Part shown: piece by piece, positions 1 through 8,840 of the stretch
How the letters are laid out: every line of letters starts with the position of its first letter
How positions within the stretch are numbered: position 1 is the first letter of the stretch
Source: an uncultured Gemmatimonadales bacterium
GTDB taxonomy: Bacteria; Gemmatimonadota; Gemmatimonadetes; Longimicrobiales; RSA9
Direction: 5' to 3'
Assembly: GCA_963798085.1 (NCBI GenBank)
Contig: CAWCRS010000007.1
Span: 928,001-992,000, forward strand
DNA length: 64,000 bases
Program-made: the position numbers and the translations under genes
The notes under the pieces: model-generated
Told to the model about the DNA's origin: nothing
Database searches by the model: none
What the model saw: the letters and a program-made list of their open reading frames with translations, nothing else

Positions 1-92
1 TTTCCGCGCCCGCGCCAGCGGCAGTGGCCAGCGAGTCGGGGCCGCGCAAACGCCCACGCCGCGCAGGGCGAGGTGACGGCGCAAAGGTACCC

Positions 93-154
93 TTGTATCA
101 TCGCCCTTGACACAAAAAGGGCCTGTCTTTATTGTGTCAGTTGGCTCGATACAA
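93..154. promoter_or_regulatory. two YtrA/GntR-type operator palindromes
   Basis: TTGTATCA-N7-TGACACAA (93-115) covers the -35; TTGTGTCA-N7-CGATACAA (132-154) covers the -10/+1; the TGTA-N13-TACA geometry matches YtrA-subfamily sites. Confidence 0.7.
107..135 (+). promoter_or_regulatory. sigma70-type promoter of the ClpN-GntR gene
   Basis: TTGACA (107-112), 17-bp spacer, TATTGT (130-135); RBS AAGGAG at 153-158 before GTG 164. Confidence 0.8.
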
Positions 155-163
155 GGAGACAAC

Positions 164-1090
164 GTGAAGGCCTACAACTTCACCGATACCGTGCGGCGCG
201 CGCTCGCCCTCGCCCGCGAAGAGTCCAGCAAGCTGCAGCACGACTTTGTCGGCACGGAGCACGTGCTGCTCGGACTCCTGGACCTGGGCACTGACCCGGC
301 CATCCTGATCCTGGAACAGTGCGGCGGAAATCCGGCAGGAATCCGGGTCCAGGTGCTGGAATCGATCCGGAAAGGAAGGAGCACCATCGCATTGGCCGAG
401 CTGCCCTACACGTCTCGCGCAAAGCGAGCGCTGGAATTCACAATGGAAGCTGCGGCAGAGCTGCGCGACGCGTATGTGGGTACGGAGCATCTGCTGCTCG
501 GTCTGATCCGGGAAGAGAAGGGAGTCGCCGCGCAGGTGCTCGCGCATCAGGGCGTCACTGCGCAGGCCGTGCTCGACCGCATCAGGAAACGTCACCGGGC
601 GGAGGCGGCCGCGGCGAGTGAGGGCACGGCCGAAGTTGCGGTCCAGGGCACACCAGTAGCGCGTGCAGCCGCGGACAATGTGTGGTTCCTCGAGATCGAC
701 ACCACATCCGGCGGCGCCATCTACGAACAGATCATTGCGCGCATCGAGGAAGCCGTGGCCACGGGGCGGCTGCAGCCCGGTGAGCGTCTGCCGCCCGTGC
801 GCGATCTCGCCGCGGAGCTGGGTGTCGCGCCGGGCACCGTGGCGCGTGCCTATACCGCACTGGAGAAGCGCAGTGTGCTGGAGACCGACGGCGCGCGTGG
901 CACCCGTGTGGCGGAGCGCACGGCACCGGCCCAGGCGGGTGTGCATCAGAGCCGGCTGGCGGAACTAATGCGCCCCGTGGTGGTGGCCGGCTTTCACCTC
1001 GGCGCCGCCGCTACCCAGCTGCGTGCCGCGCTGGAGCAGGCCATGCGCGACATCTTCCGCCGGGAAGGCGACGACGCGGACAAACAGTGA
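164..1090 (+). CDS. Clp N-terminal (Clp repeat) domain fused to GntR/YtrA-family winged-HTH regulator
   Basis: Two Clp repeats (FTDTVRRAL..VGTEHVLLGL; YTSRAKRAL..VGTEHLLLGL), then a GntR HTH (IYEQII..LQPGERLPPVRDLAAELGVAPGTVARAY) and a short YtrA-like C-terminal helix; no AAA+ domain; GTG start after AAGGAG. Confidence 0.85.
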   Translation: MKAYNFTDTVRRALALAREESSKLQHDFVGTEHVLLGLLDLGTDPAILILEQCGGNPAGIRVQVLESIRKGRSTIALAELPYTSRAKRALEFTMEAAAELRDAYVGTEHLLLGLIREEKGVAAQVLAHQGVTAQAVLDRIRKRHRAEAAAASEGTAEVAVQGTPVARAAADNVWFLEIDTTSGGAIYEQIIARIEEAVATGRLQPGERLPPVRDLAAELGVAPGTVARAYTALEKRSVLETDGARGTRVAERTAPAQAGVHQSRLAELMRPVVVAGFHLGAAATQLRAALEQAMRDIFRREGDDADKQ

Positions 1091-1091
1091 G

Positions 1092-1964
1092 TTATCCACC
1101 GCCCAGGCGCTGCAGCGTCTGCTGCACCCGCCGGTTGTTGGGCTGTATCTCGAGCGTCTTCCTGTAGTAGTCCACCGCCTTCGCCGTATCGCCCCTGGCG
1201 AGGTATGTATCGCCCAGCGACATGGTCACGGTGCCTTCCTGCGGATAGAACTCGTAGTCCAGCTCCAGCATGCGGATCGCTTCAGCCTGTTTGCCGTCTA
1301 CGCTGAGCGAGCGGCCCAGGTCGATCAGTGGGAGCGGACTGAAGTCGAACACGTCGCGTCCATAGTACTGCTGCCGCAGTGTGCGATACTTCGCCACGGC
1401 CGAGTCCATGCCCTGTTCCGCGATGACGCCGCTCAGCACGGCCTGCACGGTCTGCGGCCGGTTCTGTCCGTGATGACAGGTCTGGCACGACACGCTGACA
1501 GGATGCTCCGGGCGCTCCGGCAGGTCGGGCAGGATGGTGCCGTTGATCTGCTGCACCATCTTCAGCATGAAGCGCGCGCGCTTCTTCTCCACCTTGTCGT
1601 CGGACTTGTAGTCCATGCGGTTGCCGCCGAAGCCGCCTCGTCCACGCCCGCCGCCGCCTGCGCGCCCGGCGGTGTCCGGCGGCGGTGGCGCAGCGTTGCC
1701 GGCGGCGCGCACGTGGCAGTACTCGCAGCGCACACCGAGCGCGCCGGTGAAGCCGCGCATCACGGTTTCCAGGCTGTCGCGCGAGATGTCCTTGGGCAGG
1801 ACCTGAAGGTTCTCGAACTTGTCGGGCACGCCACCCTGTGCCTGCAGTGTGCCGCGTGCCAGCAGTGAACAGGTCAGCGCCACGCCCGCGACCGTGCCGC
1901 CACGCAGGACGGCGCCGGACCACACTAACAGCCAGTTCGAGATTCCGCTGCCACTCTGCCGCAT
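1092..1964 (-). CDS. diheme c-type cytochrome (reaction-centre cytochrome c-like family) with C-terminal TPR
   Basis: Signal peptide; NLQVLPKD..M..F..ALGV; CEYCH and CQTCH heme motifs; ARFMLKMV; TPR (SLGDTYLARGDTAKAVDYYRKTLEIQPNN). Confidence 0.8.
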   Translation of the reverse strand: MRQSGSGISNWLLVWSGAVLRGGTVAGVALTCSLLARGTLQAQGGVPDKFENLQVLPKDISRDSLETVMRGFTGALGVRCEYCHVRAAGNAAPPPPDTAGRAGGGGRGRGGFGGNRMDYKSDDKVEKKRARFMLKMVQQINGTILPDLPERPEHPVSVSCQTCHHGQNRPQTVQAVLSGVIAEQGMDSAVAKYRTLRQQYYGRDVFDFSPLPLIDLGRSLSVDGKQAEAIRMLELDYEFYPQEGTVTMSLGDTYLARGDTAKAVDYYRKTLEIQPNNRRVQQTLQRLGGG

Positions 1965-2069
1965 GGAGAGCCTCCCGGGTATGGTTCAGGCGACAATGCA
2001 GCCTCGGCTCTTCGTCGCCTCGATCTGTGTCCGGCTCGAGCGCCGCAACTTCCGGCGCTGCATGACGCC

Positions 2070-2107
2070 TGCACGCCTCGCCCGGTTACGGGGGGGCGAG
2101 GCGTGCA
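2070..2107. terminator. GC-rich hairpin downstream of the metalloprotease gene
   Basis: TGCACGCCTCGCCC ... GGGCGAGGCGTGCA, 14-bp stem. Confidence 0.5.
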
Positions 2108-2155
2108 AGATACGGGAGTGCCGGCGTCACTGCACCATGGCCGCCGGCGGGTGCG

Positions 2156-4710
2156 TCACCACTGGAAAGGCCAGCCCAGCCAGAACATGGGTGGTTCGCC
2201 AATGGGCGCGCCGGGCGGTGCCACCTGTGTGGCAGCAGGGGCGTACGGTGTTCCGGGCCGCGCCAGGAAACGCTGGATGTCGCGGCTCACGAGCGCGAAG
2301 TGCGCCGCGTTCGGGTCGTCCGCGCGGGCCACCGCGTTGCCCAGGTCTGCCGCCTTGCGCTGCAGCCGCAGTGTAGCCACCGCCCGCACCTGTGGCATGT
2401 CGGCCGTGCTCGCGAGGCGCATCAGCTCATCGATCGCGACGCGCTGCACGGCACGCGCGATCTCGGCCTCGTACGGCGAGGCGGGTGTCGCGTTGAACGT
2501 GGCCGTGAACACCTGGTCGATTACTTCCTCGAGGCCTGGAATGGATGGGTCGAGCGCGTGCTGCTCGACAATGCGGGCCGCGCGGTCCGGCTGGAAAATG
2601 TCGGAGAGCACGAGCTGCGCGACCGTGACCGCAGGCGAGATGGCATCGAAGCCATCGCCGGTGTACCGCGGAAACATCTCGCGATGCGCGCCGTAGCCCG
2701 GCGGTCGTGGTGGAATCAGCCCCAGCACGCTGGTGGGCAGAGCCAGCGCCGAAGGCTGCAGCGTCGCCATGAGTGCGGTGAGCGCCGCCTGCTGCTCGCT
2801 GCCGGATGCAGGGCGCACGGGCTCGCGTCCGTCGCCGCGCATCGCGTAGATGTAGTGCAGCCCGCCCATCGTGGACGCGGCCGCGTCGATCTGGTAGCGG
2901 TGATACAGGTAGAGTGGCACCAGCGCTTCCTCGATCGTGGCCATGGGCGCGCCGCGCTTGATCGCGTTTTCGCCGAAGCGCGCCAGTGCATTGCGCCGGA
3001 TGTCCATCATGCGGTACAGCTCGGCCGCTGCATCCGTGCCGTTGGACCACTGGTCCACTCTGGGGTTGGCGGCCATATCCTGGTTGGTCAGGTAGCGGAT
3101 GTCGCGCTGCCATGCGTTGTCGAGTATGCGGTTCAGCGCGGCGGGCTCATTCGTGCCCTTCGGGAAGTCCTGATAACCCCAGGTTATGGAAACACTGTCC
3201 CACTCGCCGATGCCCGACTCGTAGACCTGGCTGTAGTCGAGCGTGCCATCGCTCTTCAGCGTCACCAGGGGCTGCGGGTAATCCATCACTGAGATGCGGC
3301 CCGCCTCGCTGTCGTAGTAGTTGTGGCCCAGCCCCAGCGTGTGCCCCACCTCGTGCGCGGCCAGCTGGCGGATGCGCGCCAGCGCCCACTGTGTCAGCTC
3401 CGGCGGTGTCTCGTCGCCATTCTTGTAAGGGGAGAGCAGGCTTTCCGCGATCAGGTAGTCCTGGCGCGCGCGCAGCGAGCCCAGCTCCACCACGCCTTTG
3501 ATGATCTCGCCTGTGCGCGGATCATCGACTGAGCCGCCGAAGCTCCAGCCGCGTGTCGAGCGATGCACCCAGTTGATCACGTTGTAGCGCGCATCCAGCG
3601 GGCTGATGCTGTCGGGTCGCAGCTCCACACGGAACGCGTTGCGGTAGCCGGCCGCTTCGAAAGCCTGGTTCCACCAGCGCGCGCCCTCCAGCAGCGCCGA
3701 GCGGATGGGCTCGGGCGCACCCGGATCGAGGTAGTAGATGATGGGCTTCACCGGATCGCTGACGCGTGCGCTCGGGTCCACCTTCTTCAGCCGGTGCCGG
3801 TTCGTGAAGCGCTTCGTCAGCGGTTCGCTGAGCGGCGAGGCGAAGTCGTCGTACGAATGTCGCCGAACCCCGAGCGCGGATCGAACGGGCGAGGCGTGTA
3901 GTTGCTGTCGGGCAGTTCAATGAAGGAGTGGTGCACCCGCAGGCTTGCCGCTTCCGGCGAGGCCGCGACATTGCCCACGCCCTCGAAGTACCCGCCGCCA
4001 CCGCCACCGCCGCCCCCCCCACCGCCACCGACATTGCCGGCCGCCGCGGGCTGGCGCACATAGGTGAGTTCCGCTTCTAACTCCGTGTTCCTGGGGAAGA
4101 CCTTCGTCATGGGCATGAAGATGCTGCTGCGGCTCGCCTCCAGGCGGTAGCTGCCGGGGCGCAGCCGCTGCGCCAGGTTGCCATCGTCGCGCAGCACGAA
4201 ATCGGTCATGTCCACGAGCACGCGGCCGCCACTCTCGGCTGCCACCGTGAAGCCCCACAGCACGGAGCGAGCGAAGGCGTCGCGCACCGCTCTGACTTCT
4301 GCGGGGTTCGTGCTGGTGGCGCGGAAGTCGTAGTTGGGCTGCACCATCAGCACCTTGGGCCCCACGCGCTGGAAGAACACAATGCGCGAACCCAGCAGTG
4401 CGCCGCGGTCCAGCCCGATGTCGTTGGAGCCCAGACCAGCCGCCAGTCCCGTGATGTAGAGCACCTCCGTGTCGAGGTGTGGGATCTCCATCCAGAGCTT
4501 GCCGGCGCTCTCCTCCCAGTAAAGCGGGAAGAAACCGGCGAGCTTCGTCATGCCCGCAGTTTTCGCCTCGATCGTAGGCGTGCGCTGGCGTGCCGCGAGC
4601 GGTTGCGCCCCCGGCCATGCGACAGCGGCGAGGACGAGTGCGGTGAGAAGGGGGCGGCGTCGTCGCCAGAAACCGGCGCCGTGGAGAGCACGAAGCGCAT
4701 GCGCGCGCAT
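2156..4710 (-). CDS. secreted zinc-dependent metalloprotease (DUF5117/DUF4953, EcxA-like); one frameshift near 3855
   Basis: HEVGHTLGLGHN metzincin motif, SVMDY Met-turn, DPRTGEIIKG; the ORFs 3817-4836 and 2156-3781 join across one indel; GGAGG RBS before ATG 4710. Confidence 0.85.
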
Positions 4711-4896
4711 GACACACCTCCGAGGATGTTCGGGTAGCGATCCGGCGCAGTGTACGCACGCCCGCCTGACCCGGCCAGCCGGACCGGGATCAGGCGCCGT
4801 TTCCGAACGTGACTCGCTCGGAACGAGGGCCGTCACGCACGTTGCGGATGCGTTTTCCGGCCGTTTCTGTGGCGGGTCGGCCGATTTTGTCCGGCG

Positions 4897-7374
4897 CTAT
4901 TTCGGATTGAGGACCTGCGGGGGGCTCTCAGCCGCGAGCTTCATGATCCGCTGGACCTCTCGCTCGTTGTCCCGCATTCGCGGCGGCGCCGCGGGCGAAG
5001 CCGGTGCAGCGGGACTGGCCGCCGCCACAACAACCGGAGAACGCGCGGCGGCACTGTCTTCCGCGGACAGCAATGGCAGCTCTTCAATGACAGGCATCAG
5101 GTAGGGTCTTGCTGGCGGTTTCCTCGGGCGGTCGGAATGCGCCGTCGGTGTGACGAGCTGCGCTGCCGTCGTGCGCCCCGCATTGATCGGTATGGCGGCG
5201 GCCGGCGCCAGCTCCGGGCGCAACGTCAGGGGCGCCGATTTCGCCACCGCCGCCGCTATCGCGGCAGCCGTTTCCTGCACATGGGGATGCAGGACGTCGC
5301 CGCGCGACTGGACTGGAGCTGCGAGGGCCGTCAATGCGTCTGCGAGCACCGTGTCGGATGTCTTGACCGCAGTCCGGCTCTCTGCCGAAGCGGGCGTGGG
5401 TGCCGTCGCAACGTGACGATCGGGTGCGCGGGCTGCACGCGCCGGCGCGATGGGATCGCGCTTCTGCCGGCCAGCGTGTATGGCGAGAGCGTCGTGTTTT
5501 CTGATCGAAACGCAGGCGTGATGCAGATGTCCCGCATCATCAGCGAATGCGACATGCGTCGCGTGTTCCGCACAACCCACGATGGGATCGCTCGCCAGTT
5601 CGAGTGTGCCGGACGAGCGGCGTTCCTGACTCACGTTCTCGCTGCTCCAGTCCCCGACCGGCGTCCAGCGGAAGAGAAGCAGGTTCTTCGACTGGCGCGC
5701 GAAGATGTGCAGGCTCCCGGCAGGGCCGGTTGCGATGACCGGAGCGCCCTCGATCCTGCCACCACTGCGAGCGGACATCTGCGCACGTATGACCGTTTCG
5801 CCGCCCGCCGCGCCATTCCGGCCGTACCAGAGGTGGATCAATCCACCCTCGGCCTCCCGGGCCGCGACGTGCACGGTGCCTTCGTCGTCGATGAGAGCGG
5901 ATAACCTGGAGACCGCAACAACGGGCTGGTCGTCCGTCGGAAAAGCGGCGCTGGTCAGGTCGATTCCCTTGCTGACCTGGTCCTCCGTCAGGCGAAACAG
6001 AAGCACCCTGCCGTCGTGCGACCGTATGACGGCGTTCAGCGCCCTGCCCGCCGCGTCGTACAGCGCGATGGGATCATCAGCCGCAGTAACGCGCTTTCCT
6101 CCAGCCAGGCGATCGCCGAGGTTCGATGCCATCCAGCCGTTCTTGTGATGCTCGCGCAGGTGCACGATGTCGCCGGCATCGGTACGACAGAACACATGGA
6201 GTTCGGCCCGCTCGACGAGTGCCGGTGTGCCCACGAAATTCGCCCTGCCGGCACTTCCTGCGTTTACGAGATCCGCTTTCCAGCGGCCCAGCGCGTTGCA
6301 TCGGTAGCGTACCAGCTGTCCGCGTCCGCAGCCCATCACGATGATCCCGGCGCGACCGGCGAGGACCGCCAGGTTGCTGTCGACGCGAAAGGCATCACCA
6401 ATGCGGCGCGATTGTGTGATGTTGCGCGCCCGCCAGCCGAGGACCGGAATACGGCGGACTTCCAGCACATCGCCGTTCGCTGAACGCGCCAGGATGCGTC
6501 GCGGCGCCACCAGGGTGACTCCACCTGCATCCGGCACCAGCGCTGTGCGTGCCGCCTTCTGCACGTCTTCCACCGACCACCGCTGCCGGCCGTCCCGTCG
6601 GACCTTCAACAGCCCGCCGCCTGTGTGCGCCGCGGCGAGCATGTCGACTGCACCGTCCGCCGCATCGGTTCCGAGCACGGACACGACAGCCCCGATCGGG
6701 AGCGTGTCGATGTCATCGGCCCTGTCCAGCGACAGCGCGGCCGGCTCGGCGCGATCGTATCGCACCATGAAGAAGGCACGGACCCGCTGTTCGCCCTCGA
6801 AACGCGCGTCCAGCGGACCGTAGCGGCCGGTTGAGAAGACCAGTCGCAGGTTGTCCTTCCCGGGCTGATCCGGATCGTAAACCAGAAGCGTTGCGCGCCG
6901 CGCACTGCGGTCGACGTCGTAACCCACCGCGAGGACCGCCTTGTTCGACGAAGGATTGGCGTGGCGTCCACTGGCGAGTACCAGGAAGAGCATCACTGGA
7001 GTGCCCGCGTCGAGGCTTCGTCGCGCCAGGCGCCAGTGTACGCGACTGCAGACTGTCAGGCTGGGACGACCTGGCAGTCCACGCTCGGGCAGGGATTGCC
7101 ATTCGACGAGTTGACTCCAGGGCGCCACGGCCAGCGCGTTCGCCTGCCGCATCACGAGTTCCTGATAGAGCGGATCCGCCGGCGCGGGTGGCTCGGCTGC
7201 GGTGGGTACTGGCCGGTCCGCCAGGTATCGATCGAGCGCGACCCAGGCCATCCCGGCGCCCAGCCCGAAGGAGGGCAGCATGGGTGCGCCCAGCCCGAAG
7301 GCAGTGCCGGGCACGCTGAACGCGTTCGGAAAACGGAAACCATTGACGGAGGGTCGGAATGCGTGTTTCGGCAT
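4897..7374 (-). CDS. hypothetical protein: papain-like peptidase-fold N-domain (degenerate), beta-propeller/lectin-like repeats, Ala/Pro-rich tail
   Basis: FRPSVNGFRFPN, GLGAGMA, NKAVLAVGYD, LLVYDPD pattern; repeated (L/V)HVF/AR..G.L.H..W...NL blades. Confidence 0.6.
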   Translation of the reverse strand: MPKHAFRPSVNGFRFPNAFSVPGTAFGLGAPMLPSFGLGAGMAWVALDRYLADRPVPTAAEPPAPADPLYQELVMRQANALAVAPWSQLVEWQSLPERGLPGRPSLTVCSRVHWRLARRSLDAGTPVMLFLVLASGRHANPSSNKAVLAVGYDVDRSARRATLLVYDPDQPGKDNLRLVFSTGRYGPLDARFEGEQRVRAFFMVRYDRAEPAALSLDRADDIDTLPIGAVVSVLGTDAADGAVDMLAAAHTGGGLLKVRRDGRQRWSVEDVQKAARTALVPDAGGVTLVAPRRILARSANGDVLEVRRIPVLGWRARNITQSRRIGDAFRVDSNLAVLAGRAGIIVMGCGRGQLVRYRCNALGRWKADLVNAGSAGRANFVGTPALVERAELHVFCRTDAGDIVHLREHHKNGWMASNLGDRLAGGKRVTAADDPIALYDAAGRALNAVIRSHDGRVLLFRLTEDQVSKGIDLTSAAFPTDDQPVVAVSRLSALIDDEGTVHVAAREAEGGLIHLWYGRNGAAGGETVIRAQMSARSGGRIEGAPVIATGPAGSLHIFARQSKNLLLFRWTPVGDWSSENVSQERRSSGTLELASDPIVGCAEHATHVAFADDAGHLHHACVSIRKHDALAIHAGRQKRDPIAPARAARAPDRHVATAPTPASAESRTAVKTSDTVLADALTALAAPVQSRGDVLHPHVQETAAAIAAAVAKSAPLTLRPELAPAAAIPINAGRTTAAQLVTPTAHSDRPRKPPARPYLMPVIEELPLLSAEDSAAARSPVVVAAASPAAPASPAAPPRMRDNEREVQRIMKLAAESPPQVLNPK

Positions 7375-7696
7375 ACACTCACTCCCAAATGCCTGTCAGC
7401 ACCTTGGGTCGGGGGGCCCGGTCACGGTTGGGGAGAGTACCGCGGGAGAGATCGCCGGGGGGCCGGCGAAGAGGGACGGGGTAGAAAAAGCTAATGAGCG
7501 CGCTGCTCGTCCGCAACCGGCCGAATGACTAACTCGTTGATACGACTGAAGAACGGCGTGGTCGCGCGTGCAGGGAGGAACGCGGCCCGCACGCGCGACC
7601 TCTCCAGCGATGGCAAAGAAATGCGCTGCGGCAGGAAAGAAATCGCAGGCGTCGCCGTCCCGGTCTGCCCGCGCGGAACTGTCCTTGCTTCTGCAA

Positions 7697-7725
7697 TTGA
7701 CCCATCTCGCACTCGCTCTTAAACT
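7697..7725 (+). promoter_or_regulatory. sigma70-type promoter for the tRNA
   Basis: TTGACC-N17-TAAACT, 14 bp upstream of the tRNA. Confidence 0.65.
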
Positions 7726-7739
7726 TGGGATCCCGATCC

Positions 7740-7811
7740 GGCTGGGTAGCTCAATGGTAGAGCAGCGGAGTCATAATCCGTAGGTTGGGGGTTCGAGTCC
7801 CTCCCCAGCTA
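7740..7811 (+). tRNA. tRNA-Met(CAT), probably elongator (Ile2 not excluded); CCA not encoded
   Basis: Cloverleaf: acceptor GGCTGGG/CCCAGCT, D arm GCTC..GAGC, anticodon stem GCGGA/TCCGT with CAT at 7772-7774, T arm GGGGG-TTCGAGT-CCCTC; lacks the initiator GGG/CCC pairs. Confidence 0.9.
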
Positions 7812-7935
7812 TTCCCTTGTTGGCTCAACGATTTGCCGCCCGGCCGCCGTGTCGGGCGTCAGGCAGGTCCGATGCTGTGCGTCGAGCAGAGCCCAGACCG
7901 CTTGCACGTCCTCACGTTCGCTGTCACCTGAATCC

Positions 7936-8736
7936 ATGCACACGGATCATGAAGTGAATCGCGAAAGCTGGAATGAGCTCGCGGGCCTGCACGGGCAGGA
8001 TGCCTACTATGATTCCGAGGCTCTCGTTGCCGGCGCGAGTTCGCTGATCGAGGAGGAGGAAGCCGCACTTGCGCATGCGATCGGTGCCGATCCCGCAGGA
8101 CTTCGCATTCTGCATCTGCAGTGTCACCTGGGCTTTGATGCGATCACGTTCGCGCGGCGGGGAGCTCGCGTGACAGGCGTGGACTTTTCTCCCGTTGCCC
8201 TGGCCAAAGCCCGGCTTCTGGCACATCGCTGTGGTGTCGCGGTCGAGTGGGTCTGCGCTGATGCCACCGCGTTGCCGGACTCCCTCGCCGGCGGATTCGA
8301 CCTCGCCTGGGCTACCATGGGCATCATCTGCTGGATCGCAGACGTACGTGCCTGGATGCGCGCAGTCACCGCGGCGCTCGCGTCTGGTGGCAGACTCATT
8401 CTGATCGATGGCCACCCGGATGGCGGGATTCGGAAGCCTGAGCCCGCGGGAATCGACGGACATGAGAGTGCGCCCGTACGCCGCTTCCTGGAGACAGGCT
8501 GTGACTATGCGACCACAGCCAGGACCGGCCCGCAAGTGCAGTTTCGACACTCGCTCCGCGCTGTCGTGTCCGCGGCCACGGATGCCGGCCTTCGTGTGAG
8601 CCAGCTGCTCGAGCACACGTCGGCATCGAATCACTTGTGCGTTCAGGGCCTCGAGCGCGAGGACGACGGCCGCTATCGCCACCGCGTTGGCGGCCAGCCA
8701 CGCACGATCTTCTTCACACTCATCGCGGACCGCTGA
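7936..8736 (+). CDS. class I SAM-dependent methyltransferase
   Basis: NRESWN N-terminus; ILHLQCHLGFD motif I variant; VTGVDFS; FDLAW. Confidence 0.85.
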   Translation: MHTDHEVNRESWNELAGLHGQDAYYDSEALVAGASSLIEEEEAALAHAIGADPAGLRILHLQCHLGFDAITFARRGARVTGVDFSPVALAKARLLAHRCGVAVEWVCADATALPDSLAGGFDLAWATMGIICWIADVRAWMRAVTAALASGGRLILIDGHPDGGIRKPEPAGIDGHESAPVRRFLETGCDYATTARTGPQVQFRHSLRAVVSAATDAGLRVSQLLEHTSASNHLCVQGLEREDDGRYRHRVGGQPRTIFFTLIADR

Positions 8737-8840
8737 ACATGCGACGGATAATCAGTCCCGCACCGCAGGAGCATACAAGCCGCCGCGTTCGTGCACAGCG
8801 GGTGGGTCATGTCCGTCCACTGTCCTGGCGCGCGCGGTGA

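Noticed and set aside
107..163. TTG start at 107 for the ClpN-GntR ORF
   Set aside because: That TTG is the -35 box; the RBS and ClpC similarity point to GTG 164
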